Source of the DNA: Tubulanus polymorphus
Lineage: Eukaryota; Animalia; Nemertea
Length of the DNA stretch: 64,000 bases
Reading direction: 5' to 3'
Assembly (NCBI RefSeq): GCF_964204645.1
Contig: NC_134028.1
Location: 7,440,001-7,504,000, forward strand
Below the pieces are notes generated by a model. That model was not told the DNA's origin, made no database searches, and saw only the letters and a list, made by a program, of their open reading frames with translations. Each line of letters starts with the position of its first letter. Positions within the stretch are counted from its first letter, which is position 1. The translations under genes were made by a program, and so were the position numbers. This document shows, piece after piece, positions 51,831 through 64,000 of this stretch.

Positions 51831-52899
51831 TGTTTTTAGAATACCCGTAAACCCTTACATAGGGAGACCTGTAAGTCTAATAGGACAATGTTAGTGACTT
51901 TGGATGCCGGATTTAAAACATCATGTTTGATTTGTGCGCACGCATGTTTTAAATGTCTGCGTACGCGTGTTTTTAATGTCACTGACTCCTGACTCCCGAA
52001 TCGCTCTGTAAAAACCGATATGACGTCACTCATTATAAAGCTGATAAATTACAGTTTGAAATACGGCCAGACACCGTTCGAACTCGAAGTGACCTGGGGA
52101 TATTTTATACCATCAATTAACATAAAAGGTGGATTCATTACAGCGTTCAGTTATTGATTTTGCGAACGTGGCAAATGAGATTGATGAATTAACGAGGCAT
52201 TTGACGAATTTCATGCGATTCGAATAATTACTTTGAGATATGTAATTAGTTTTGAACGACGTGTTAACTCGTAATCATGCAAACAATAAGTCAACCATTA
52301 ATTAATGCGTTTCCATTGGTGCATTCTTGTTAGTGTACATATATCTAGTGATCTAGTAACAGGGATACATTTTCGTATCTTTTTTTTTTAGAAAATGAGA
52401 AGTAATCCATTCTCAAATGATTTATTCAGTAAATTATGTAAATTTATGGGAAAAGGGATAAACTGTAAAGGGCGAAGCAGGATTGTTGAATCATTCCGTA
52501 AGTGTTCATTTTCTTGTAAATGAGTTATTGTTGAATATAAAGAAAATACGTATCATAGAATTAATGTCATAAATGTTATAAATGAGACGTTGTTAAGTTA
52601 AGATTATCGGAAAAATCCTATTCAAGATCTGTTTTTTTTCAGTAGGAAAGTGCCCCTTTTCACAGTTAAGAAGTTCCCCTTTTCTTGAAATAGAACTGCC
52701 CCTCAAAAAAGGCTCATGATGGCTGCTTCGGTTCAGTAAAAGAGATGCGCCGATTTCTCTCGTCACACATCCTACACGGATATTGTGAATCTTCTCGACT
52801 CAAAAGGCGGTGCGGCTCTACCGGCAGAAAATCCGCCGAGACCCGGTTTCACGACGTTTTATCAGAATGAATGTTGATTATCTAAATCACTGAATTCCC

Positions 52900-53100
52900 T
52901 TATTAGTTTCAAATGTTCGAATCTGTTGGTTAAATGAATTAAAAGGAAACATAAACAATTGCCATTTCCAATTAGGAGGAAATATCTAAATCTGTCTGAT
53001 GGATATTCCACACTGTGCCGTAATAGATTTATGTTCAGTATATCCGATTTTGAAATATTAGCCGAATACGAACCATGAAAGTATTTCCATAAATATAGAC
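52900..53100 (-). mobile_element. Probable CR1/L2 LINE ORF2 C-terminal fossil
   Basis: Minus-strand frameshifted LWKYFHG...YGTVWNI...FNSFNQQIRTF parallels FMYK..HG...G..LWN.L...SL.SFK..LKTF. Confidence 0.45.
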
Positions 53101-53509
53101 ATACCATACAATTAACCCGCTTGCCCCTACACGACCCATCAAACGCGTAATCCGATGATCTTTCATCATCGCTGCGTTTTAGAACTTTATAATTGAATTT
53201 CGAAACATGTTGCCGACGATAGATAATTCAGGACACAAGTAGATAATTCAGTATAACGGGTTCAGTGGTGTCTCGAAACGGCTGACAGATTCTCACAGAT
53301 TTAACTCCGCGTGAAGTCAACCGTCCGCATCAAATTCATTCGTTTCCAATTTCAACTGTGCGCGATAATTGTATAATTACCGACGAGGTATGCGTTCTGT
53401 ACGATGGTAAATATGTCATTTGAATCTGCAAGTGGGAGGGTATGATTCAATTTCCGATTTCGTGGTATTAATCGTACAGGTTTTACTGAAGGGCTCTAAA
53501 GGTATATAC

Positions 53510-54720
53510 CGCTCTCACGCCGTCTCAGGGGACGGTAATAAAGAGTTCCCTGAGGGGTCCAGTGACTTAACTGTAATTCTCGCTCTGTCTCTACAGGACC
53601 GTGAGTGTTAGGGTTTCGGTGATCTGCGGAGCCTTACTAAATCGACAGTTACCCTCGCTCAGGGTTTTGACAGATCCCAGACGAGATCGCCGACACAAAA
53701 TGGTGGCTTTTTTAATCGCAGTTACTGTATGTAGAAGGTCCAGAGGCTTAGGGTATTAGGTTTAGAGGGTGCAGGGGAGGATAAGCATGAGGTTTAGGTA
53801 ACGTGTAGCAATAGGCCAGGTAATGGCAAGGTATAACGATAAATAGTAAACAAGATGCGTCACCAGCAGTTGCAGCGCTGCGCTAGCAATCACGGCCTTG
53901 CGTGTTTGCATTCCAATTTTCGCGATATTTACTTGGAATTTTCTAACAATGGGTTCGCGCATGCGCAGAGAGAAAATCGACCAACGACACTCGCTCAGTA
54001 TTCTCTACTGGACAGTAGTGAAGGGTTCTGTTGATCAGAGGGTCTATTGACTCCATCCAACCCTTGCTCAGTGTCTACAGGGACAGTAGAGGCGGAGATC
54101 TGAGAGTATACTTATATTCAACTATCATCATTACTCAGCCTCAAAAAGAAAGAGTTCTGTTGATCTGAGGGTCATGACTCCACTGTCACCCTAGCTCTGT
54201 CTACAGGACGTAGTCAAGGGTTCTGTTCATCTGAGGCTCTATTGACTCTCACTCTCACTTATTCTCTGAAGGAAAGGGTCCCATTGATAAGAGGGGTCTT
54301 ACTGACTTGGCGGCCACCCTCAGTCAATCTCTACAGTATAGTAGGAGTGGATTTAGGGGGGTGGTCTTGGGGATCCGCATCCCTGATCCGAGTGTCTATT
54401 GACCCCACTGTTACCCTTGCTCAGTGTCTACAGGGACAATAAAGACAAAGGTTGAGTGTAATACTCGACTCTCATCGTTACTCAGTCTCTGAAGGAAAGG
54501 GTTCTGTTAATCTGAGGGTCTACCAACTCGACTATCGCCCTCGCTCTGACTACAGGACAGTAGAGAAGAGATGTGAGGGTACACTTATCATCATTACTCA
54601 AGTCTTTGAAGGAAAGGGCTCTGATGATCAGAGGGGCCTCGCTGACTTGACGGTCAACCTCGTCCAGTCCCGGCCGGACAGAAGTGTCAGAAGTACGTTG
54701 ACCCGATGACTCTATACTAA
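53510..54720. repeat. Diverged tandem (minisatellite) array, ~60-70-bp units, interrupted at ~53680-53985 and ~54340-54390
   Basis: Recurrent gctcagtgtctacagggacag, aagggttctgttgatctgaggg and ctattgactc motifs. Confidence 0.8.
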
Positions 54721-55447
54721 CTGCATGTGACTCTCACACTGTCCGTACAAGCAGCACGTGGAAGGGTTGGTTCCGTCGAGCGGGCCGTCACTTTCGCAAT
54801 GATTTATACGCGAATCGGCTTTCATTATAACGGTAATTTATCAGGAAACATCCGACTATTCAATTTTATGGGAGAAAAAATAATAATTAATTTATCTAGA
54901 TATAATTAGACGTTACGTGACATTTCACGCGGATGTCGGAATAAATCAATCAATCCGTCTGCGGAGCTGATCTATCAACATCCGGTGACGTGAATCGTCA
55001 GAGTAACGCGAGCATATAGACTCAAATCGTGTCGCTTCTCTCCCCGCCCGTTGTCAGGACACATACACCCAGATAATCTCATTGTATCTTAAATTTCAAA
55101 ATCACTTCTACGAACATGCTAGAAAATAGGGTGGATTCCGTGCTATTTTTGGGGCAAAAGAGAAGGACGTACCCGCGCTACGGAAACGATGAGGAGGCCT
55201 CCAGTTTTCGTATTCCAACTCAACAAGTTCATGTCGACATATCACGATACATCGCGACATGAATATGTCGACTTATCGTGACGTTTTGACGACATTTTCG
55301 TTTTGTCAAGCATTTTCCTCGCGACAAGTCGACATTTTGACGACATATCGAAATCTACGTATAGGAGGATGCCGGAAATGACGCCTTGAAAGTCAGTCGT
55401 CATGAATACGTCGTCACAAATATGAAGACAAGACAGCGACTGATATC

Positions 55448-55542
55448 GTGAAAACCCCAACAAGATGAAAAAAACTAGGAATCTAGAGAATCTGTCGTTT
55501 CGGCATTTTCATAGCTTTTTCATCTTATTTTGGGTTTTTCAC
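55448..55542. mobile_element. Small palindromic remnant of the Penelope-like family
   Basis: IR gtgaaaaccccaacaagatgaaaaa/tttttcatcttattttgggtttttcac encloses cgtttcgg (rc CCGAAACG, the hammerhead 3' half). Confidence 0.45.
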
Positions 55543-56341
55543 TTTACTCAGGGGTTATGTTTGATTTATGAATTGAAAAAATAGTGAGTAACATCCCTTC
55601 GGCCACCAGCGATATTCGCCCTGTTCGAGTGACAGATAATTTTTGTGTCTTTGTTAGTTTTTTGACAGTGTTGTTATGTGCGCTGCACTTCAATTCAGAC
55701 AACAAGGCTCTTTCTTTCGACGTATACGTTTTTTTACGGACATCGCTGGTTCGAATCTCTAGAGTGCGCCATATAGCAGCGGCTTTTTTAAAACTCCATA
55801 CGACCAGTAGTGGATCTCGCCGTTCGATGCGACGGGTATAAAAATAACGTTTCCTATACCCGCGACGCAGCGTCCAACTCAGGAAATCACGTATCGGGAT
55901 TCCACGCGGTGGTTATCGCAATCTATAACCGTCGATGTACACCGGGACGAATCGAGATCAGTTTTGAATGAGATACGCACACGACACGCGAGTTTTGTCA
56001 CAGCCAAGGGAAGCGCACTTCCTTCAGGACGAAATGTGTCAAGTCCATAATTCCATTCAAGACATTCGTTGGCGAATTCTGCCTTCTTCCAGTCTGTCGA
56101 CTAAATCGCCTTCCGTACTATTATCCAGTCACATAGACTTAAACGATACGTATCAAAGCACGAATATTATTTTAAGCTTACAACTTGCTGCGTACTGTTT
56201 CATCCGACGTCATCTCATCGGATCAATGGTAAGAGAGCATTTTCTTACGCAATAATAACTAGAGCGTCGGTCGGCATTCAACCCACCCCCTGCCGATCAT
56301 CGCAAACATTTCTCAGTTCGGTATTTTGAATATTTGGAGAT

Positions 56342-56676
56342 TGGGCGGGTCCAGACGGGAGCGCAAGGAGCACGTGCTGCCATCGCAATTTTCCCGCGCC
56401 CTTTTGAAAATACAACGGCATTTTATTTCAAGGAACTTTTTAGACCCACAACTAATAGAACAATAGTCCACAGCGCAGGATTTAGCTCATATTCTCTCAA
56501 AAGTCACTGACGTATACCTAGAAATTGTATGACAATGCACTGGATATTTAAAAATTTTTAAGACCCTGTTTTTGGCTTGGCGCTCGGCTCGCACAGCGTG
56601 AAAACTTTTTACTTTAATGCCCATTTCATTTCTTTGTGCCCCTGTCAACGTCTATACCCTTGGATCCGCCGGCCTG
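56342..56676. mobile_element. Diverged hAT-like MITE (GGCGGATCCA-type ends)
   Basis: gggcgggtccag / ttggatccgcc..cctg. Related ends occur at ~45005-45018 (gatccgcccctg), ~12340-12380 and ~54343-54390. Confidence 0.45.
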
Positions 56677-57927
56677 TTATCACTATGAAACGGCAAGGAA
56701 TAGCTCTGAACGCGTTTCCCTGAAAGTGCACGCAAGTACAGGAATCTTCTACACGGAGGAAACTCAAGATCTATCTGACTGTGCAGTGTCTGCATTTTGT
56801 CCCTTCTACTACTCAATAATCAATGTTAATATATTTTCCGATGAAAAAGTCCACACTTTAGAAAAATGAAGATCAACAGTTCGCAAGACTCGGAACGTTT
56901 TTATATTTGTCGTGCAGAAGGGTTCGACGCGCGCACGTTTCAGGGCGGGGTTATATTGTCACCGAACTGGTTGCTTTAGCACGCAATGTGGCGGACAAAA
57001 AGAATCTATCGTGATGGATATTTTAGCCTCGTGGGTTAGGCCGACATTTGATAGAATTTCGCGCAGAGCAAAATTCAATGCACGTTCGTCAGACGAGGGA
57101 AGTTACAATTCAATAACGCGACAAGACACAACTCGGAAAAAATGACCACACCAGAACACCGCGTGTTTCTGCTGTTAAAAGTCAAAATATTGTATCAATC
57201 GCAGACGATGACGACGACGACGACGATGACGCAGAGGACGCAATGTATACTGTGAAATCGAGCCCCGCTATAAAGGCAAGCATGAGCTCCGTGAACCTCT
57301 CACGTTGACCAAAATGGACTATGCTGCACAACTCAACCATATTCTCTCTCAACCCGTGTTTGCCATTCATTAATTAACCCACCAAAATAGCCAGAAACAC
57401 TTGAGAAAATCCGATATTGCTTACAGATCAAGGTAGACAGTTGCACCGACAATACTTAGATTTATTGCCACTGCACCTACCCACGCTATAGTGTTAAGGG
57501 CCTACTTCAACGGATTGGAAATCCACTGTACGCGCATTTATGTCTAGATGAAAATAGTCTTTCCGTCTATTGATTTCTCTGACATATTCCAATTAATCTG
57601 ATAAGTGAAGTTAAATCGATGAGATGAAAATGTGTTTGAAAGCACACTTGACAAAAGCAAGTGCATTTGCATATAACACACTTTCTAGCACCAGCGAGGA
57701 TGTGCTTGTCGGTGGTATTAACTATGTTGCCAGGCCCGGGAGCGGGTCTCGTGCCAAGGAACTGCGAGTATAATCTGATAATTCCAATGGTAAAGCCCGT
57801 TAAACATTGTGTGAAAAAGGGTCTTTCCGTAGAATAATTGAATTGTCGAAAAAAACGTGTACTCGTTGCATCTGCACCTGAGAAAGATACCTCGATGGAC
57901 ACCAACAATTCGCGGTCGGTTTATATA

Positions 57928-58078
57928 CCGCGCACCCCGCTCAAGTCGGATCTTTTGGGACCGAAAAAAGTTTCCGACTTCGATAATCCGATCTTATGTA
58001 TTTCTTGAAGAATGTCACAGAAAATATTTCAACAAACATCCGAGTTGAACGGTTATCCGACTCGGGCGGAGTCGACTG
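57928..58078. mobile_element. MITE family B, copy 3
   Basis: TA flanks; cgctcaagtcggat / atccgactcgggcggagtcgactg|TA. Homologous to 5527-5672 and 26526-26683. Confidence 0.7.
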
Positions 58079-59274
58079 TATAAGAAGTGACCACTCGCTC
58101 GCAGTTGAAAGACGCGGCAATGGGATCCGAACGATAAAACAAGAATAATACCATGTTGAACGCGGCTAACGAATACGGTAACGAAAGAAGCATCATCAAA
58201 TGAACTGCACTAGCGCTCACAAACTTAATAATCAATGCCTCGAAAAACGGTAGATCAAGAGATGATTGCTTTCTTTGAGCCACGGCGAGCTAGGCATAAT
58301 TACGAAGTGTTTTCTTCGCAGGGTCATCCGTACGGTCATCGTTGAGAAGGATGAATCGGGTGTGTTCCGTGAAGCATGCCTGCAGATACAGTATGCAAAC
58401 ATTACCATACGCAGCAAAGTGGATAAAGTGGCAAAAATATCTATCTATACGGAACATAATTGTGCTTTCCAGGAAGAAAAGGAAAAACGAAGCTCCTTTT
58501 CTACAGCCGAATCAAGTAGAGCCTCATAAGAAGTGGCGATAAAAAAATAATAGAGTCTGCTTAGGGTCAATGCGTCTACAAGGTCTACAAGTGCGTTAAA
58601 AGAATCCCTTGGAATCGGTAAAAGCCGAATCGGGTACTAGTAGACCGATGCTATATTCATGGGGAACTACTCGAGAAAGGACTTCACGCGACTCAAGTGA
58701 TTAGACGATGGAATCCCGAGACGAATTGTGACGGGATCTAAGTGGCCTGGAAGGTGACAAGCACAGTCTCAGACACAAAACAGTTTCTTGTATATAGCGT
58801 ATCATGTACCACGATCAACGCAGCTAACGTGTATATACGGAAACGAACGACGTCTTAGGACGCGGAAAACAGAACAAATCATTACCAGGATTTGTAGAAG
58901 ACAACTGATTTCCTGTAGATTAATCCATAGGAATAGAAAAAAGGTAGTTGCTTTACTGATGCAAACATGTCCTTTATCCAAATCATTTGCACTCTAAACT
59001 ATGGCTGGATAGTGATGTTCAAATCATTTGCGTATTAAGGGTTGGAAGATGAGCATATACATTTACATTATGAAGACGCCCATAAAACATATACGAAGTT
59101 AGTTATCTGTTGTTCGTCATTTTATCATGGTTATGATTATGGTCACACTAACCAGTATATCAGTAATCGATGATTGCACTTGTGGCAAGTGAGGATCCAC
59201 CAGGGGAACGTCAATGCTAGTTTTCTTCCGCGATTCGATATGACGAGTAAAAATTAAATCAGAAACATGATTTG

Positions 59275-59530
59275 ATGAGTAAACAATCCCACAATGTGTG
59301 AACGAATCTAAAAAGTTTATTTAAAAATACAAGAAATATTTCGGGTTGTTCTATCGACCTTCTTCGGTCTAAAATGACTTGCAAAAAACTTGCATTTTTG
59401 CAAGTTATTTCACATTGAAGAAGGGTGGCAGCAACACCGAAATATTTCTAACCTTTGAGTAAACTTTTTAGATTAGTTCACACATTGTGGATTTTTCACT
59501 CATTGAGTCTTCACGGATATTGTGATTCTA
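59275..59530. mobile_element. Penelope-like remnant: inverted pair with degenerate hammerhead motifs
   Basis: Palindrome 59275-59503 (cacaatgtgtgaac/gttcacacattgtg) plus tail CACGGATATTGTG. The arms carry AGA-CCGAAGA-A-GGUCG..CAACCC-GAAAU-AUU-UCU (minus, 59332-59370) and UUGAAGA-A-GGGUG..CACC-GAAAU-AUU (plus, 59412-59449). Confidence 0.6.
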
Positions 59531-62500
59531 AACTGATTTTTAAGAAACATGGTTTTCCTGTTGGACGTGGGAGGCTCGAAATCTAGCTGAAAGTTATCGA
59601 AAATGAACCGTGAAATTGTGTGTATGTCAGGCGCATCGCCCTAGCAATAGGCATATGAATGCATTCCTTAGGTTGTAAGGACGGTGGCATAGCTGATGAG
59701 TACACGATTCGGAAAATGGCTAGGTATTCAACTCCAACGATATTGTAGCTTTAACCATGGATTCGTTGGACTCTAAAACGATGCAAACATGTTTCAACTA
59801 TGGACTCTAAAACGTAGCTTTAACCATGGATTCGTTTAAGAGGCCATGCTTTAACGGACCAGTTTTGACTGATGCCATCCGACTAGCCTTAAATAACACT
59901 ATTGATAACGATCGCTGTGATGTCGGATAAGCTCCGTTGGCGCGGTTGGCCTCGTGAACTAAGTAGACAAACAAAGCTTCTCAGAATTGGGAAGAATACC
60001 CTGCAGTCTGCAGGCGGAAACATTGACTTTCTGTCAGACAGAATCAATAGCCCGACATCAAAACGGGTCTCGACTCCGCGCGAATGGGAATTAAATTTAC
60101 CTCAGGAACGCAAACATTATTCTTTGAAAAACGTATTATCATTAAAAGGAAAATCTATATAGCATGTTCAGTGAGGCCCCAGTCCACGTCAACCGAGACA
60201 GCGTGAAATTGAGGGTATAACCTCAACGCATTTAGTACGAACAGAATACATACGATCGATTTCCGATAGAAATTACAGATTTATGCGAATCAGTCACGCG
60301 AAGTCATTGACTCAGATAATCTGAGAACATCGTCGGAACGTTGACACCGTAATCATTCTTCAGTCCGTTTTTCTTTATTTTGAAGCATTTGATGGTTTCG
60401 ATCGCGACCGAACTGCTCCGAAACTGCGCACTCAACAACAGAGAGGTGACTTGTACTGACTATATCGCTTGAAAATGCGCGATGCCAGTCAAGTCGTATC
60501 ATCTTTGAGACTGAAATCTCGATCATTGTTTAGTAGTTTGAATTTCAGTAAATCGTTATCTTTAAAATATTTGAATGTAGACCCCCAAGTAGTACCGACG
60601 TCTTGTCTTGGTATTAAATTCCATTTAATACCAGCTAGAATCCTTGGTGAGTTCTTTAGACTCTATCCCCTTTCTTACCCCCCCCCCTGTCCCCCGCTCG
60701 CCGTTTTCTCTACCTATTCTCTACCCTTCTCCGTTTCGTTCCTTTCTCTGTCGCTTCGTAACCACGCACCCTCACTCGCCCTCAACCTCTCCGGGTAAGA
60801 TAGCAGAATATTGTCGGTCCTTATGGAGATAAGATAGACAACGAAAGATCGTTATAACTGTATGCCGTTAGATTTCATTGACACAATATATCTATAACAC
60901 GTAGAAACCAATAGTGAAAAATCCTAGAAAAACCAACAAAATCAGAGTATGTGTTTTAGCTATTATCAGCATACGCGGAAATATGGGTCTCAATGAGTGT
61001 CTTTGAAGTTCCGCGTTTGACCAATTTGTCACACGGTACGCGTGGTAATCGTCAAAGGGAACAAGACTTTAGTCTGTAATGATAGTGACATTTTGCAGTT
61101 TGCGCCGACTCCGCTAATTCATCGCCTTCTGAATCATAGCCCGTATCAAAGTCATAGCTGTTTCTTTGATGTTTTAGTACAATTATGGATCGTTAAGTTC
61201 ACTGGGGGCTTCGCCTTTCGGCGCTTTCAGCTTCACCTTTCTTAGAAACAACAGACCATTCTCAGTTTAAAATCGCATTGATTCGTGAAGTTCAACTGTC
61301 GAATAAAAAATTACCGGTTTATTGTTTGGATTCTAATATTCAAAATATTGATATTCTGTTTATAGTCTACACCTGCAACAAGCACACTCAACAAATGCAA
61401 ATATAATCGCATTTTTCTAATAAAGTACGCATTATTATTCACTTGAAATGAGTTAATTGTATTTTATCGAGATCAAAATATACAATGTCGACAGCCATTG
61501 TTCGTGCCTACGGTAGAGCTTGATGAATTTACGCATCGAGTTTATTCAACTGCTTTACAATCATCTTGAATCCATCGATCCGTTTGTTAGTAGAACATTG
61601 ACCTGATATTTGCCGGCCCACCCCTATACCGAACCACTTCTTCGTGAAGCCTTTACAGTTCTTTCTCGCTTGCCGGGGGTCTAGTATCGCTCTTGAACTC
61701 GCTTCCGCTGGCCTTCCGATGCGTGATTTCATTACTGGTGCTTTTCTGCATGACGTCATGATGCAAAATGAGTTGTCAAACTCGCGAAAATACTTCCTTA
61801 ATTGTTTGCTAAAACGTTCGCTGATTGGTTCATTCAACCAATATCAATTCGTATTTCTATATGTTGTATCTTCTTGAACCACAGTTATATATAGGTTCAT
61901 TGTCTAATTGTTGAGTCATCGATCGACGTTGAATAATTTTTCGAAATCATCTTAAACCGAAGGCGCTACCCAAAGCGGTGCTGCGTGGCTGTGAGGTTGA
62001 AACTGACACCATTTTACCGTAAGGACGAAATTAATTCCACACGGTCTGAAAATTTCGCGTAAATTACATCCAAAAATCGATACGGCACAGCGCGAGGCGC
62101 TAAAAATAAATACAGCATATAAAAGAAAGAGTAAAGAGATACAAATTCAAACAACTGCTATCATCAATAAACAAAAGCCAAGACAAAAATGATGAAAGCT
62201 TAGCAGCGTTTGATGTTTACTAAATTCGACATTTTTGCGACACTCTTTGAAACCTGCTTACTCGAATTAGGACCGATACGACGCGCGGATGTAAACGTTT
62301 CGTGCACTCGTGACCTGTCAAAGACGAAGCGTTTTTAGGTTGTTTTTGTATTTCAGAAGCAGCAACTCTGATAGATTGCATCATAAGATGATTTATGAAA
62401 AAAAAATCTGAACACAATATTCGAAGACGTTATTCTTCAGTTTGAAAGAGAACGTGGCGTCTCAAATCCTTATTAGATCCTTTGGTACAGTTTAATGAAA

Positions 62501-63880
62501 AGAAGACTTCATCGTATTTTTTAAACGTGGAATATTGCCTTGCGTCACGGCCATATGATTTTTTTGTAAGATAAAATTTCGACCTTATTAACTCGATATA
62601 CTTCGACTTTGTTACTCGAAATTTTTCAGTTATAAAGTTGAATTTTCGACTTGGAAAAAAATGATATGGCCCCAATGATCTTCAATAGGCATGCTCATCA
62701 ATATATAAAATCTATGATCTAGACGCCAAATTTTGACATTTCCAACCTATCTACAACGGGTTTGGAAAATATATTGAATTCCATTCTGGAGTTATAGGAA
62801 CTAGCTTTTTCTTGAAGGTGACAGTTAAAAAACGTTACAAAACGTCCCCCCTTCACCAAGAACCTTAATGTCTGATGCTGGTTACACTAGGATCGTAGAG
62901 CGACGGAGATCTGTAGAGACAACCACACTGTCAGGACTGGGTGTTCTAGTGGAACATGTTGACAAGATGTCTGATAGAGAAATTGTCTCGACTGCGGCCG
63001 TGGGGAAAAAGTATTCGTTCAGGCATTAGTTACGAGCAATAATCGTGTAGCAAGAAATTTTCGTGCAACAGGTCATGACACGACAAATAAAAACGCATGA
63101 ATTACACGCGAAAAAATCGATTTTGTCGTCGCAGGCCCGCACGACACGAGTTGAAGTTCGTGAAAATAATTTCAAACCGAGATTTACTTGTTGAAAAATT
63201 AAATCGTGCGGAATCTCCTGTTTATAAGATTTTCGCCGTAGATCTCGCCGGTGAATGTTTCGGATATTCGCATCTCCCACGTGTCATTTTAAGTGAAATC
63301 TTGCACGAATTCTGCACGAATGAACATATTCGTCGTTAATCAAACACAAAATCTAGATTTTACTTCAGGATATGAGTCGATTTATCACATCCCTGGTTTC
63401 ATAGTAGTATTTTGACATTTGCGAGTTGAGTCAGATCACCGAAAGATCATTATCTTATATATTATTATCATTGCTATTATATTGCTCTGGCAAACTGTAT
63501 AAAACTATCTTTAAGAATAATTCAAATTGAAGCGGATTGGACTACTTATTGATAAATCCGTTAATTCAGTCCTAGAATTGTGGCCGAACTGCGGACAATC
63601 TGCACAACTAAGTCGACCATACTCTGAAACTGGCTAGATATGGTTAATAAGGATTCCGTGTATCATTGTATGTCACGTCGAAAATATGTTATGCCTAGAA
63701 ATTCGTTTTGTTTCATAGCGACTAGTCCACAGAAAATGTTCCCAATTTTTCACAATTCTTAATAAAAGATGTTCTCAATGGATTAAACCCCGAGATGCAA
63801 CTCCATCTATATCCATCAAGTTTTTTCCTACCACAAGTTGAGACGCCCCTATACATCAGCTAATTAGACTCGAACGAAAT

Positions 63881-64000
63881 TCTGACGCCGTAAAAACCGT
63901 TACAATAATGTTTATATACATTGATACCTAGTATGCGTTATTCAAGCGATACTGTGTGAGTCGATGTGCACTACGTTATCAATATTGGCGTTTCAAAATA
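63881..64000 (+). mobile_element. Helentron/HINE-like element, copy truncated by the window end
   Basis: gacgcc.taaaa.ccgttaca.taat...cattgatacctagt.tgcgtta...gtgagtcgatgtgcactacgt.atcaatattggcgtttc matches 35674-35795. Confidence 0.85.

Noticed and set aside
57567-57908. RKCVICKCTCFCQVCFQTHFH resembling a piggyBac Cys-rich tail
   Set aside because: Cys spacing is too compressed, and I found no TTAA/TIR or catalytic-domain remnants.

Overview
Eukaryotic (animal) nuclear DNA. The repeat types suggest a marine invertebrate, which is my inference. The window is AT-rich, almost entirely intronic or intergenic, and contains no complete protein-coding gene; the supplied ORF track is mostly noise or repeat-derived. 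Well-supported content: (1) one tRNA-Ser(GCT) gene; (2) a decayed DD41D (rosa/Visitor-type) Tc1/mariner element with perfect 41-bp TIRs, whose right TIR is split by a young 1.04-kb foldback-type element built from 144-bp higher-order repeats; (3) several palindromic elements carrying minimal type-I hammerhead ribozyme motifs of the Penelope-like-element kind, with compensatory stem changes between copies; (4) three copies of a tRNA-derived SINE; (5) five copies of a Helentron/HINE-like element; (6) many MITEs and CR1/L2 LINE fossils; (7) long (TA)n tracts, one set within a duplication-plus-palindrome rearrangement; (8) a diverged minisatellite array. Several short ATG-to-donor segments on the minus strand, all phase 1, may be alternative first exons of a large gene running off the left edge (tentative). 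All coordinates and alignments were read by eye. No database searches were run.
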